A stretch of 63,985 nt of DNA from Acholeplasmataceae bacterium (GTDB taxonomy: Bacteria; Bacillota_I; Bacilli_A; ML615J-28; CAG-313). The stretch spans positions 1-63,985 of the forward strand of contig DUOG01000041.1 of the NCBI GenBank assembly GCA_012838945.1, in the 5' to 3' direction. Below the pieces are notes generated by a model. It did not search any database. It was given only the letters and a program-made list of their open reading frames with translations, and was not told the DNA's origin. Shown one piece after another: positions 17,773-27,798 of this stretch; the stretch's first letter is position 1; every line of letters starts with the position of its first letter. The translations under genes were made by a program, and so were the position numbers.

Positions 17773-20190
17773 TTAAACTACAATATTTACTATTTTATTT
17801 GGAACAACAATGGTCTTTTTGATTTCTTTTCCTTCAATCAAAGCAATAATCTTTGGAAGGGCTAGAGCTTTTTCAATCACTTGTTCTTTTGGTACATCAT
17901 AATCAATTTCCATTTTGTCACGAATCTTCCCATTTACTTGAACAACAATGGTTGCTTGTTCTTCTAAAGTCTTGGCAAGGTCGTAAGTTGGCCAAGTTGA
18001 GAAAGTGATAGTGTCAGTTCGACCTAAAACTGTACTCCAAAGTTCTTCAGTAATGTGCGGTGCAACTGGATTCAAGAGTTGAAGGAACCCTTCCAAGAAT
18101 GCTCTTGGAACAGAAGGATGTTTATAACATTCATTCATGAAGATCATCATTTGAGCGATTGCGGTATTGAAGCGTAAGTTTTCATAATCTTCGGTAACCT
18201 TTTTAACTGTTTGATGATAGACCTTCTCTAAATGTAAATCATTATCATCAATTACTGCTACTTCAGTATAGAAGCGATAGATACGATCAAGGAATCTTCT
18301 ACTTCCTTCTACTGCTTTGGTAGACCACGGTTTCGTTACTTCTAACGGACCCATGAACATCTCATATACCCGTAAAGTATCAGCACCATATTCTTTTACG
18401 ATGTCATCAGGATTGACGACATTACCTCTCGATTTAGACATTTTAGTGCCATCTTCACCTAAGATCATTCCTTGATTGAAAAGTTTTTGGAATGGTTCTT
18501 TGGTTTTTACGATACCACAATCATACAATACTTTATGCCAAAATCTTGCGTAAAGTAGGTGTAGAACAGCATGTTCTGCTCCACCAATATATAAATCTAC
18601 TGGAAGCCAGTGGTTAATCATTTCTTGAACTTTTTCATCAGTTAAATCCGCATAACCATCTTCGCTCTTCAATAGATAAGCGATGTAATACCAACAGCTA
18701 CCAGCCCATTGAGGCATAGTGTTAGTTTCTCGTAGACCTTTAACACCATCTTCACGAGTTACTTGTAACCATTCTTTAGCATTCGCTAGTGGACTTTCAC
18801 CAGTACCACTTAATGTTAAGCGTTCCATTTTAGGTAATTCAAGTGGCAATTCACTTTCATCAACTAATCCAATAGTCCCATCTTCATAGTGGATAATTGG
18901 GAATGGTTCGCCCCAGTAACGTTGGCGGCTGAAAATCCAATCACGAAGACGATAATTAACTGCCTCTTTACCAAGTTTATTTTCACTTAAGTAATCTATC
19001 ATTTTATTGATGGCTTCTTCATTATTAAGACCATTTAAGAAGTCAGAATTAATATGAATACCATCTGCTTCAAAAGCCTTTTCTGAAATATCGCCTTCAA
19101 CAACCGGCACAATTTCAAGATTAAACTTGCGAGCAAATTCATAATCGCGTTGGTCATGGGCCGGAACGGCCATAATAGCTCCCGTACCATAACTAGCTAA
19201 AACATAATCAGAGATCCAGATTGGAACTTTCTTTTGATTGACTGGATTAATGGCATAAGCTCCAGTAAAAATACCAGTCTTTTCTTTGTTAAGTTCAGTT
19301 CGATCTAAGTCACTTCTACTTTTAGCATATTCAATATATTCAAGAACTTTTTCTCGTTGTTCTTCACTAGTGATTTTTAAAACTAGTGCATGCTCTGGAG
19401 CCAAGACACAATAGGTTGCCCCAAAGAGCGTATCAGGACGAGTAGTAAAGACGGTAAACGAGTCATCAAGACCTGCTACTTTAAAATTAACTAATGCTCC
19501 GGTACTCTTACCGATCCAGTTGCGTTGCATTTCTTTAATTGATTCTGGCCAATCAAGTAATTCTAAGTCTTGAAGTAGTCTTTCAGCATATTCGGTAATT
19601 TTTAATACCCATTGACGCATTGGTCGTTTTTCAACTGGATGGTTTCCGCGTTCACTAACCATTTTCCCATCAACATTGATAACTTCTTCGTTGGCTAGAA
19701 CTGTTCCTAGGCCTTCACACCAGTTAACTTCAACTTCTTTTAGTTCAGCTAAACCTCTTTTATATAATTGGATGAAAATCCATTGTGTCCAGCGATAGTA
19801 TTCTGGATCACAAGTAGCGATTTCACGATCCCAATCATAAGATAAGCCTAGCGCCTTAATTTGACGTTTAAATGTAGCTATATTTTTTTCGGTAAATTCC
19901 CGAGGATCATTTCCAGTTTCAATTGCATATTGTTCAGCTGGTAAACCAAAGGCATCCCATCCCATTGGACGCATGACATTAAAGCCTTTCATTCGTTTAT
20001 AGCGAGCAATAATATCGGTTGCGGTGTAGCCTTCTGGGTGACCAACATGGAGTCCCGATCCACTTGGGTATGGAAACATGTCTAATACATAAAATTTAGG
20101 TTTATCACGGTTATCTACTGTTTTAAATGTTTTATTCTTTTCCCAATATTGTTGCCATTTCTTTTCAATTTCAAGATGATTAAAACTCAT
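17773..20190 (-). CDS. leuS: Leucine--tRNA ligase
   Basis: 805 aa; HVGH (HIGH) motif, KMSKS motif, CP1 editing domain. Confidence 0.97.
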   Translation of the reverse strand: MSFNHLEIEKKWQQYWEKNKTFKTVDNRDKPKFYVLDMFPYPSGSGLHVGHPEGYTATDIIARYKRMKGFNVMRPMGWDAFGLPAEQYAIETGNDPREFTEKNIATFKRQIKALGLSYDWDREIATCDPEYYRWTQWIFIQLYKRGLAELKEVEVNWCEGLGTVLANEEVINVDGKMVSERGNHPVEKRPMRQWVLKITEYAERLLQDLELLDWPESIKEMQRNWIGKSTGALVNFKVAGLDDSFTVFTTRPDTLFGATYCVLAPEHALVLKITSEEQREKVLEYIEYAKSRSDLDRTELNKEKTGIFTGAYAINPVNQKKVPIWISDYVLASYGTGAIMAVPAHDQRDYEFARKFNLEIVPVVEGDISEKAFEADGIHINSDFLNGLNNEEAINKMIDYLSENKLGKEAVNYRLRDWIFSRQRYWGEPFPIIHYEDGTIGLVDESELPLELPKMERLTLSGTGESPLANAKEWLQVTREDGVKGLRETNTMPQWAGSCWYYIAYLLKSEDGYADLTDEKVQEMINHWLPVDLYIGGAEHAVLHLLYARFWHKVLYDCGIVKTKEPFQKLFNQGMILGEDGTKMSKSRGNVVNPDDIVKEYGADTLRVYEMFMGPLEVTKPWSTKAVEGSRRFLDRIYRFYTEVAVIDDNDLHLEKVYHQTVKKVTEDYENLRFNTAIAQMMIFMNECYKHPSVPRAFLEGFLQLLNPVAPHITEELWSTVLGRTDTITFSTWPTYDLAKTLEEQATIVVQVNGKIRDKMEIDYDVPKEQVIEKALALPKIIALIEGKEIKKTIVVPNKIVNIVV

Positions 20191-20192
20191 AA

Positions 20193-21059
20193 TTATTTCT
20201 CTCCCATTTGTCTATTTGTCAGTTTAATTCTTACCAGTTCACTCGTTGCTACATTAGCAAAAACGACCGATACGATCATAGCAATATCATCAAGCCAAGA
20301 TAGATTATAAAGTACTCCAAGAAGTAAGCCCAAGGCATATGGAGTATATGAATAAGTTACAACCTTAAATATCTCCTTAAAGGTAATTGGAAAACTACCT
20401 TTAAATAATTTTATCAGAACTGTTATCAATAAAATTGAAGCTGCCAGCACCAATAATGAATCAAAGATAGTAATGCTCACTTGACTCAGGCGAACTCTTA
20501 AGATAAAAATGTCAACTAAATCATTAATTGAAGCATATAATTGTTCCCAAAAGACCGCATCATTTCGATCAACTGCTCTAGCAAAATCAATATTGTTGAT
20601 ATTTTCTAGTTTACTATAATCAGCTAGTGGGATTGGGGTGATAAAACCCCGAGCTGGTTGGAAAAGCAAGAATAACTCTTCCTTTCCTAACAAAAGAATA
20701 ACCAATTGTAGGTCCGTTTCCCCTTTTAATTCATTGGCATTAAAAGTAGGATCAAAGATCAATGTAACACCTAAGTCTTTAACATTTACGATATAAGGGG
20801 CTTCTTGTGCACTAATCAGCTGATTATCAATGATTTGGGCATCGATAACATCTGATCCAACCAAGGCATCTTTAATCAGGGAATACTCAGAGTGATCAAT
20901 TAGTGGGGTGGTAAAAATATTAATAATAAAAGGTACATTAATTAATACTACCCAAAATAACAAGTATAAAAGAACCTTACCAAATTTATCAAAAGCGTAA
21001 GGGGCTATTTTTTTAGGTGCTAATATAGAGTTTTTAAATCGTTCAATAATTCTTTTCAT
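20193..21059 (-). CDS. DUF1189-family membrane protein
   Basis: 288 aa; the N-terminus [32 protein letters not shown] resembles the DUF1189 consensus. Stop lies 2 nt before the leuS start. Confidence 0.65.
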   Translation of the reverse strand: MKRIIERFKNSILAPKKIAPYAFDKFGKVLLYLLFWVVLINVPFIINIFTTPLIDHSEYSLIKDALVGSDVIDAQIIDNQLISAQEAPYIVNVKDLGVTLIFDPTFNANELKGETDLQLVILLLGKEELFLLFQPARGFITPIPLADYSKLENINNIDFARAVDRNDAVFWEQLYASINDLVDIFILRVRLSQVSITIFDSLLVLAASILLITVLIKLFKGSFPITFKEIFKVVTYSYTPYALGLLLGVLYNLSWLDDIAMIVSVVFANVATSELVRIKLTNRQMGEK

Positions 21060-21181
21060 CTTCTCACTTCATTTCGTTCATTATTTGTATTATTTATCGT
21101 CAATTTTAGACACTTACATATATTGTATATTATAACATATGGACACTTATAAGTAAAATTTTATGACACAAAAAATTATCT

Positions 21182-21673
21182 TTAAGATAAAATCTTTTTA
21201 AGTCTTTTAAATAAAGTTCCAAGTAACGCACTAAAGGAAAGAGAAAAGTAATTAAAATAAAACTGTATCCAATTAAACACTTCTTTTAAGGTTAATATCT
21301 TAAAATATTGAAGCAAAAAGATGATTATCCCACCAAAAACAATGGTCGGATAAAAGACATTTTTACTGAAAATATTAAATATTGCTAAGAGAAAAATTCC
21401 TAATATAAAGAATGATACCCCTTGAAAAATAAGGTTTAAAAATTCATTTTTGGATATTATAATTGGACTTATTTTAGTTTCATTATTGATTATATTTACC
21501 TTCTTTAAATAAACCAAAAGTGGGGAAAAGTCAATAACTATCTCTTTTTCATCATCAATAATCTCACCAAAAACAGCTTGAACGGCGGGGAAATCTAAGG
21601 GCTTTTTATCAAAAACAGATAACCCACAAACTAAAAGCCAACCAATAAAAGCAAAAAACAATACTTTTCTCAT
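21182..21673 (-). CDS. Hypothetical membrane protein
   Basis: 163-aa ORF with 4 hydrophobic segments. No motif. Confidence 0.5.
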   Translation of the reverse strand: MRKVLFFAFIGWLLVCGLSVFDKKPLDFPAVQAVFGEIIDDEKEIVIDFSPLLVYLKKVNIINNETKISPIIISKNEFLNLIFQGVSFFILGIFLLAIFNIFSKNVFYPTIVFGGIIIFLLQYFKILTLKEVFNWIQFYFNYFSLSFSALLGTLFKRLKKILS

Positions 21674-21751
21674 ATCATCACCTTATAATATTGTGGCTGT
21701 TAATATCCTTTTTATGCTAAATCATACCATTTTAGTTTGCAATGAAATCGA

Positions 21752-21780
21752 TTGCACAGGAGGACAAAATATGATATAAT
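21752..21780 (+). promoter_or_regulatory. Putative sigma-A promoter of the phosphoesterase gene
   Basis: TTGCAC (21752-21757), 17 nt, TGaTATAAT (-10 at 21775-21780). The inverted repeat TGCAAT-N7-ATTGCA overlaps the -35. Confidence 0.5.
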
Positions 21781-21809
21781 TAGGGCTATATGAAACATAG
21801 AAGGAGTGA

Positions 21810-23519
21810 ATGATTTTGAAAAAGTTTTTTATAGTAATTAGTTTGGTTTTAATATCACTTTTTACTTTCAACACTAACGTCTCAGCCGCAACCGACAAAG
21901 TTGCTTATGTGACAACTAGTATTGGTGAAGATGGCCAAAGACAAATGCTAGTAAATTATCATGCCTATGAGGAGGGTACAGTTGTTGAGTATACTGTATT
22001 AAGCGATACATCTTATGCTAATAAAGTAACTGTAACCCCAACTAGTTATAGCTGGTCTTATAAGTCTCCAAGTTACAGTGCTTTCAGAGATGGACTTGTA
22101 TGTAAAGCAACTCTTGATGACTTAACCCCTGATACTGAGTATCGTTATCGAATTAGAACTGCATCAGGAGCTACATCAAATGAATATTTCTTTAAAACTG
22201 CCCCTGAAAGAGGAACCTTTACTTTTGCTTTCTTAACTGACTCACAAGCTGGAGCAACTCAATATAATATCTTCAATACTTTAGTTGGTAAAGCAAAAGA
22301 ATTACGTCCAGACACTGCGTTTGTATTCCACACTGGTGACGTTACTGACCGTGGTGGACAACCAGAACAATGGAATGGTTTCTACAACCAAGCAACTAAT
22401 TTAAGTTTAATGCCAATTGCCTCTACTCCTGGTAACCATGAGTATTACTTAACTGATGAAGCCGTTAACATTTCTGCTGAAGTTTATAATCAATTCTTCA
22501 ACAACCCACAAAATGGTCCAGAAAGTACATTAAACTCTTCTTACTACTTCACATATGGAAATGCTTTATTCGTTATGTTAGATACAGTTAAAACATCTAA
22601 CGTTAATGATCTTAAAGATTGGTTTGTTGATGTTGTAAGCAACAATATGCGCCGTGTTATCATCGTTGGTATGCACATTGGTCCATTCACTGGTGGTGGC
22701 TCTTATGGAAGCAGTGGTCGTAGTGTTTTCAACACTTGGGCACCAATATTTGATAAATTCAATGTTGACTTAGTATTAAGTGGACATGAACACAACTTTG
22801 CTCCATCAAAAGCTATTTATCAAGGTGAAGTAGCAGAAAAAGGATATGGAACTAACTACATTGTTGGTCCAGCATCTGGTACAAAAACCGGTGGATTTAA
22901 CCGTGATTTCATCTTCTCAAATAATAAACCTTTAAGTGAATTCTTCTTAAATGACGAAGTTGGTACACTTAACCTTAACTTCAGTCGTGCTGGTATTTTA
23001 ATTCGCGTTGGTGCTAATGATACTAAACTTGAAGTATTCAACGCTGAAAAAATCTTATATGACTATTCAATTCCTACAAGACGCCCAAAATCATTCTTCG
23101 AAATTGAAAAAGATAACTTCATGAAGAAGATTAAAGTTGAACATGATGAAGAAGAAGGAACAGCTAAAATTGTTTGGGGCGAAGATGCATATGGTAACGT
23201 TAAGACTGTAAAAATTACTAATGGTCCGGCTGTTACTGAAACTTTCATCTCTACTCCATTATTTGTTGAACGTAGCATTGGTAAAGTTTACGATGGAAAT
23301 GTTTATCGTATCCAAGTAGAAGTTACCTTTACTGATGATACAGTTGAGGAAAAAGAACTAGTATTAAACTTATCTGGTGAAGACATTGAAGATCCAGAAA
23401 AGCCAGAAAAACCAAAACCACAACCTGCTGGTTGTCAAATGGGTTCAGGCGTTGCCTCAATCATCGGATTGGTAACTGGACTTGCTGGAGTGGTCTTTGT
23501 CTTAAAACGCAAAAGATAA
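21810..23519 (+). CDS. Secreted calcineurin-like metallophosphoesterase (purple-acid-phosphatase-like) with C-terminal Gly-Cys/TM/KRKR anchor signal
   Basis: 569 aa; signal peptide ending NVSA|AT; GDVTDRG, GNHEY and GHEHNF metallophosphatase motifs. The tail is PEKPEKPKPQPAGCQMGSGVASIIGLVTGLAGVVFVLKRKR. An alternative TTG start exists at 21816. Confidence 0.85.
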   Translation: MILKKFFIVISLVLISLFTFNTNVSAATDKVAYVTTSIGEDGQRQMLVNYHAYEEGTVVEYTVLSDTSYANKVTVTPTSYSWSYKSPSYSAFRDGLVCKATLDDLTPDTEYRYRIRTASGATSNEYFFKTAPERGTFTFAFLTDSQAGATQYNIFNTLVGKAKELRPDTAFVFHTGDVTDRGGQPEQWNGFYNQATNLSLMPIASTPGNHEYYLTDEAVNISAEVYNQFFNNPQNGPESTLNSSYYFTYGNALFVMLDTVKTSNVNDLKDWFVDVVSNNMRRVIIVGMHIGPFTGGGSYGSSGRSVFNTWAPIFDKFNVDLVLSGHEHNFAPSKAIYQGEVAEKGYGTNYIVGPASGTKTGGFNRDFIFSNNKPLSEFFLNDEVGTLNLNFSRAGILIRVGANDTKLEVFNAEKILYDYSIPTRRPKSFFEIEKDNFMKKIKVEHDEEEGTAKIVWGEDAYGNVKTVKITNGPAVTETFISTPLFVERSIGKVYDGNVYRIQVEVTFTDDTVEEKELVLNLSGEDIEDPEKPEKPKPQPAGCQMGSGVASIIGLVTGLAGVVFVLKRKR

Positions 23520-23529
23520 TTAGCATATT

Positions 23530-23555
23530 AAAAGGACTGATTTTTCAGTCCTTTT
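23530..23555. terminator. Bidirectional terminator between convergent genes
   Basis: AAAAGGACTGA-TTTT-TCAGTCCTTTT hairpin. Confidence 0.8.
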
Positions 23556-23565
23556 CTTTTTGCTT

Positions 23566-25584
23566 TTATGAATTACGGAAATACTTTAAGGAGCCTTTAA
23601 TCGCTTTAAACTTCTTAAAGAAAATTGGATTTTCATCAAGCGAAATCAAGGTGTATTGTTCGCGACGATCATTATCTAAATAATCAAAAATACGGCTATG
23701 AATTTCTTGAAGTTCTTCACCAAATTCCGGATTTATCGTATAGCCGATGACTGTAGTTCGATGCTCTTTATCAATTTTCTTATCAGCAATAAAAATCCGA
23801 TTAACGCGATGATCCGCTTTGATAAATTTGATAACCTCAAGCATCACTGCTTTTTCCAATGTAGTTGGAACAAACTTGTCTTTAACAAAAACATTTTTAT
23901 GAACATGAACATTAAAAAAGTAATTAGATATTTCTCGTCGGTAAGAACGAATCTTTTCTAGTTCTTCTTCAAGCCCCATTTTCAAACAATATTCACCGAT
24001 TATATTTACCCCGGCATCTAAATAGTTTTCATTAAATTTAATCGCCTGATAAATATATTCTATTCCCTGATTATCAAACATTGATAATAATAAGGTACCC
24101 TTTTCAAAGATTGCCTGAGGATTATCATTATGTTCAGATAGAATTTTATCATAAATCATTAATGACTTATCAAACATACTGAATATGCGATATGCCCTAG
24201 CCACCTTGAAAAGTTCAAGTCTTTCACAGTCATTAGAATTTTCTTCATATTCTTTAATAACCTTTAATGGATCTAAATAGTCTCGTTTACGGCGCTCTTC
24301 ATAAGTCGGCTCAATAAACTTAACAATTAGTTCATTGGCTCGTGCTACGATTAAATCTAACTCATCAATATTATCATTGAATTCTACTTCAAAATGATCT
24401 ACTTCTAATAATTCCATTCTCCTTTTAAAAGTCAAATGACTTTCTATTTGAGCCGGTATCCGCTTAACAATTAAGTCATTCCATAAGTCTTTGTTGTCAG
24501 AATAATATTGTAAGAACTTATTAAACACTAAATTGAAATATTGAGTAGTGACTACATCTTCTTCATACACTTCCAAGACTGGATAAGCTTCTTCACTATC
24601 AAAAATACCATATAATGATAATTTAGCTAAAGCATTAATAAAGACTTGGCTATCGGCTCGGTCTTTAATGGCGAGGTCAGCTATCCTTTCTATTGTTCGT
24701 CGTGACACAAAATCGAATAATTCAAAGTCACTTGATAGAGTATTAGATAAAGGACTAAAGAGTACTGATAACAGTAATCGGCCTCCTTCACCTGAATTAA
24801 CTACTTCCATCCATTTGCTTAGTTTCTTATATAAACTATAAGTACGCTTTGTATCCTTATTTACGATATGCGCAAACTCATGATTCAAGATACTTTCTAA
24901 TTCACTTTCGTTTAATAGTTGTAATAGAGAAACCCCTAAAAAGATGGTGCATCCCTTATCAGTTTCATTGACGCTGGCATTACAATCCATATTAAAATAA
25001 CATTTTATCTTTTTCTTAACATTATATTCAGCTGCTACTTTTCGAATCAGCTTCCACAACTCTGGAAAGTCTTCCTCTTTTAACTCATATGTTGGATCAT
25101 ATGGAGGAACATCGGTTCCTATTAAAAAACTTATCGTGAAATAGAGTAAGGCACCAGAGACTAATATTAAATAACTAATACTAGCACTAGCAAGCATAGC
25201 CATAATTGAATGAATTAAATAGACGATAAATATAATTAGGAAGTAATAAACATCCCCTAAGAGCAAATGTTTTCTTACCAATCGATAATACCCTTGATAA
25301 TCTTCTTCAGCCATTTTCTTTTTCTTTAAAATCATTTTCTCAATTTTTTCTGCATCAATTTTTCGGCGTCGTTTATTACGTAGATAGATTGCTAAATTAA
25401 TTAAATAGATAATCAAAAACAAACCAATTAAGGCAATCAAAAGAATATTTAAAAGATTATATATTCTTTCGTCCTCTCCTAGTTTTACCCCTAAAAAGAT
25501 CATCCCGATAGCATTAATGGTAATCATAACTGCAACTATTATTTTAATAATTTTTTTGGACACTTCATTACCTCCTGTTGTCAT
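23566..25584 (-). CDS. Membrane-bound M48-like zinc metallopeptidase with C-terminal helical-repeat domain
   Basis: 672 aa; four N-terminal TM helices, HEFAH (HExxH) zinc motif in LNHEFAHIVNKD, then about 350 aa of helical/TPR-like sequence. Confidence 0.7.
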   Translation of the reverse strand: MTTGGNEVSKKIIKIIVAVMITINAIGMIFLGVKLGEDERIYNLLNILLIALIGLFLIIYLINLAIYLRNKRRRKIDAEKIEKMILKKKKMAEEDYQGYYRLVRKHLLLGDVYYFLIIFIVYLIHSIMAMLASASISYLILVSGALLYFTISFLIGTDVPPYDPTYELKEEDFPELWKLIRKVAAEYNVKKKIKCYFNMDCNASVNETDKGCTIFLGVSLLQLLNESELESILNHEFAHIVNKDTKRTYSLYKKLSKWMEVVNSGEGGRLLLSVLFSPLSNTLSSDFELFDFVSRRTIERIADLAIKDRADSQVFINALAKLSLYGIFDSEEAYPVLEVYEEDVVTTQYFNLVFNKFLQYYSDNKDLWNDLIVKRIPAQIESHLTFKRRMELLEVDHFEVEFNDNIDELDLIVARANELIVKFIEPTYEERRKRDYLDPLKVIKEYEENSNDCERLELFKVARAYRIFSMFDKSLMIYDKILSEHNDNPQAIFEKGTLLLSMFDNQGIEYIYQAIKFNENYLDAGVNIIGEYCLKMGLEEELEKIRSYRREISNYFFNVHVHKNVFVKDKFVPTTLEKAVMLEVIKFIKADHRVNRIFIADKKIDKEHRTTVIGYTINPEFGEELQEIHSRIFDYLDNDRREQYTLISLDENPIFFKKFKAIKGSLKYFRNS

Positions 25585-25631
25585 AACATTTTATCATAAA
25601 ATAGATAATGTTATCTTAAATTTTATAAAAG

Positions 25632-25655
25632 AAAAAACACCTCTTCTTGAGGTGT
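25632..25655 (-). terminator. Rho-independent terminator after rplT
   Basis: ACACCTC/GAGGTGT stem followed by a U run on the reverse strand. Confidence 0.75.
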
Positions 25656-25672
25656 CTTATGTCTTATATAAT

Positions 25673-26032
25673 TTATTTAGCTAATTGTGCTTTTGCTTTT
25701 TCGCATAATGATGCAAAAGTTTGGGCATCATTAACTGCTAAGTCAGCTAACATTTTACGGTTAATATCAACATTGCTTAGTTTTAAACCATGCATTAATT
25801 GACTATAGCTTAAATCATTTAAACGTGCAGCCGCATTAATACGGACAATCCATAACTTTCTGAAATTTCTTTTGTTATTTTTACGATCACGATAAGAATA
25901 TACTAAAGATTTCATTACTTGTTGTTTGGCTGTACGGAATAGTAAATGTTTCGCGCCAAAATAACCTTTAGCTAGTTTTAATACCTTTTTGCGTCTTCTT
26001 CTGGTAGTATATCCACCTTTTGTGCGTGGCAT
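25673..26032 (-). CDS. rplT: 50S ribosomal protein L20
   Basis: 119 aa; [28 protein letters not shown]. Confidence 0.97.
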   Translation of the reverse strand: MPRTKGGYTTRRRRKKVLKLAKGYFGAKHLLFRTAKQQVMKSLVYSYRDRKNNKRNFRKLWIVRINAAARLNDLSYSQLMHGLKLSNVDINRKMLADLAVNDAQTFASLCEKAKAQLAK

Positions 26033-26047
26033 TTCAATTCCTCCTAA

Positions 26048-26248
26048 CTATTTAAGATTAGCAATTTGTTGTTTAATTCGTCCTAAATCAGCTCTTGATA
26101 CAGAAGCTTTTTTACGTAGTTGTCTCGTTTGTTTTTGAGTTTTACCAGGAGCAAGATGGCTTGTCCCAGCTTGATGACGAATTACACGACCGGTACCGGT
26201 AATTTTAAAACGTTTTTTAGAACCACTGTGGGATCTCATTTTCGGCAT
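26048..26248 (-). CDS. rpmI: 50S ribosomal protein L35
   Basis: 66 aa; MPKMRSHSGSKKRFKITGTG. Confidence 0.97.
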   Translation of the reverse strand: MPKMRSHSGSKKRFKITGTGRVIRHQAGTSHLAPGKTQKQTRQLRKKASVSRADLGRIKQQIANLK

Positions 26249-26263
26249 ATTGTAGCATCTCCT

Positions 26264-26806
26264 TTATTTCTTTTTTTCAATAATTGGGGCCAACATCATT
26301 AACATACTACGCCCATCCATAACTGGTTGAGTCTCGATGTTGGATACGTCTGCTAACCCCTCAGCAAACCGTTCAAATAATGGTTTGGCTAGATGGGAAT
26401 GAACAATAGTTCGACCACGGAAACGAAGAGTTACTTTTACTTTATTTCCGTCAGTTAAAAACTTTCGCGCATTACGAGCTTTGGTTTGGAAGTCGTGATT
26501 ATCGATATTAGGGCTTAATCTAATCTCTTTAATCGCAATGATATGTTGTTTTTTACGTGCTTCTCGGGCTCGTCTTTGTTGTTCATAACGAAATTTACTG
26601 TAATCTAATAATTTACAAACCGGTGTTTTGGCACCAGGAGCAACACAAACTAAATCATAACCTCTTTCTTCAGCAATCTTTAGTGCATCGACTCGTGAAT
26701 GAATACCAAGTTGTTCACCATCTTCGGAAATTAGTAAGACTTTCTCAGCCGTAATAGCTTCGTTTACTAATTGGTCATCCTTCTTTTTATCTGGACCCTT
26801 ACTAAT
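26264..26806 (-). CDS. infC: Translation initiation factor IF-3, probable ATT start
   Basis: The track ORF starts at ATG 26821, but that ATG is part of GGAGGTGA. An ATT at 26806 lies 5 nt after this SD and gives (M)ISKGPDKKKDDQLVNEAI..., matching the MISKD...LVNE start of Bacillus IF-3. Confidence 0.93.
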   Translation of the reverse strand: MSKGPDKKKDDQLVNEAITAEKVLLISEDGEQLGIHSRVDALKIAEERGYDLVCVAPGAKTPVCKLLDYSKFRYEQQRRAREARKKQHIIAIKEIRLSPNIDNHDFQTKARNARKFLTDGNKVKVTLRFRGRTIVHSHLAKPLFERFAEGLADVSNIETQPVMDGRSMLMMLAPIIEKKK

Positions 26807-26821
26807 AGCTTTCACCTCCAT

Positions 26822-26980
26822 ATGTGACTTTTAATACCATAGCAAGAAAAAAAGCGGGAAAAACCCACTTAAAACAATCCATACTTAATAAATAATATGT
26901 ACTGACTCTTTACCTACCAACTCAATTGTTGATCAGGTGAGAAGTGGGACTTCTACTTTTCACTACGATATTTAATTTTC
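26822..26980 (-). promoter_or_regulatory. infC-rpmI-rplT leader with terminator/antiterminator (L20-leader-type attenuator)
   Basis: About 160-nt 5' UTR. Terminator AAGUGGG-UUUUU-CCCGCUU plus seven U (26870-26847). An upstream CCCACUU (about 26950-26944) can pair with the terminator 5' arm. Confidence 0.5.
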
Positions 26981-26985
26981 ATACC

Positions 26986-27014
26986 ATTATACCATCTTTA
27001 TATCATCTTGTCAA
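26986..27014 (-). promoter_or_regulatory. Consensus sigma-A promoter of the infC operon
   Basis: Reverse strand TTGACA (27014-27009), 17 nt, TGgTATAAT (-10 at 26991-26986). Confidence 0.65.
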
Positions 27015-27063
27015 GATATTACCTATATAATATTTATATGCAAAATCAACTACTTTATGACCA

Positions 27064-27798
27064 TTAACTGAGATCTTTTATTAAATAAATGATACTTCCA
27101 CCAATAATAAAAGAAGCAAAAATAATGAGAGCATGAAAAATCCCAAATGGAAAATATACTTCACCACTACTTGCTATTACTCTAGGAAAAACAAAATGAA
27201 ATACCTTGATCAATTGATTTGATGACAGTTCAACAATAATCTCGCTGATAATAAAAATTATATAGGGGATTAATGAACTAAACCAATTATTAAAAAGTAT
27301 CCCAAATATCATCGCAACACTACCAAAAATCAAACCTGTGAGAAATAAGCCACCAAAGAATTCTATCACGGAAAACTCAATGACAAACCAACTGGTAAAT
27401 AAATAACCAATAATCATATAACAAAGAAATGCTACTAACACCACACCAAAATAGATTGAAGCTAGAGCATAATATTTGGTCAAGAAATATACAATTCGTT
27501 TTTTAGATCCTTTTTGAGAACTCAAATATAAAACTCGATAATTATCATTTTGAAAACAAAAACTACTTCCAAACAAATAACAGCTAATTAAGGTGAGACT
27601 TATCTTCATCATTATTTCCATATTAGTGTTATAGGCTAAGGCATAACTCTTTCGGTTTAGATCGTGAAGTGATATTTGTTCAATTGGGTTAATCGATACA
27701 AGCAATCCAATGTTAATAATACCCACTAATAAATCAAAAATAATTAAATTGACTTTAGTCCATAAATACTTTCGATGTAAGGTAATTAAACTCATCAT
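27064..27798 (-). CDS. ABC-2-type transporter permease-like membrane protein
   Basis: 244 aa with six hydrophobic helices. ATGA overlap with the upstream ATPase gene. Confidence 0.6.
   Translation of the reverse strand: MMSLITLHRKYLWTKVNLIIFDLLVGIINIGLLVSINPIEQISLHDLNRKSYALAYNTNMEIMMKISLTLISCYLFGSSFCFQNDNYRVLYLSSQKGSKKRIVYFLTKYYALASIYFGVVLVAFLCYMIIGYLFTSWFVIEFSVIEFFGGLFLTGLIFGSVAMIFGILFNNWFSSLIPYIIFIISEIIVELSSNQLIKVFHFVFPRVIASSGEVYFPFGIFHALIIFASFIIGGSIIYLIKDLS

Noticed and set aside
20191-21181. A T-box leader upstream of leuS.
   Set aside because: leuS starts 2 nt after the DUF1189 gene. The spacer upstream of that gene (21060-21181) has no specifier-loop or T-box (AAnnnGGGUGGnACCGCG) sequence.
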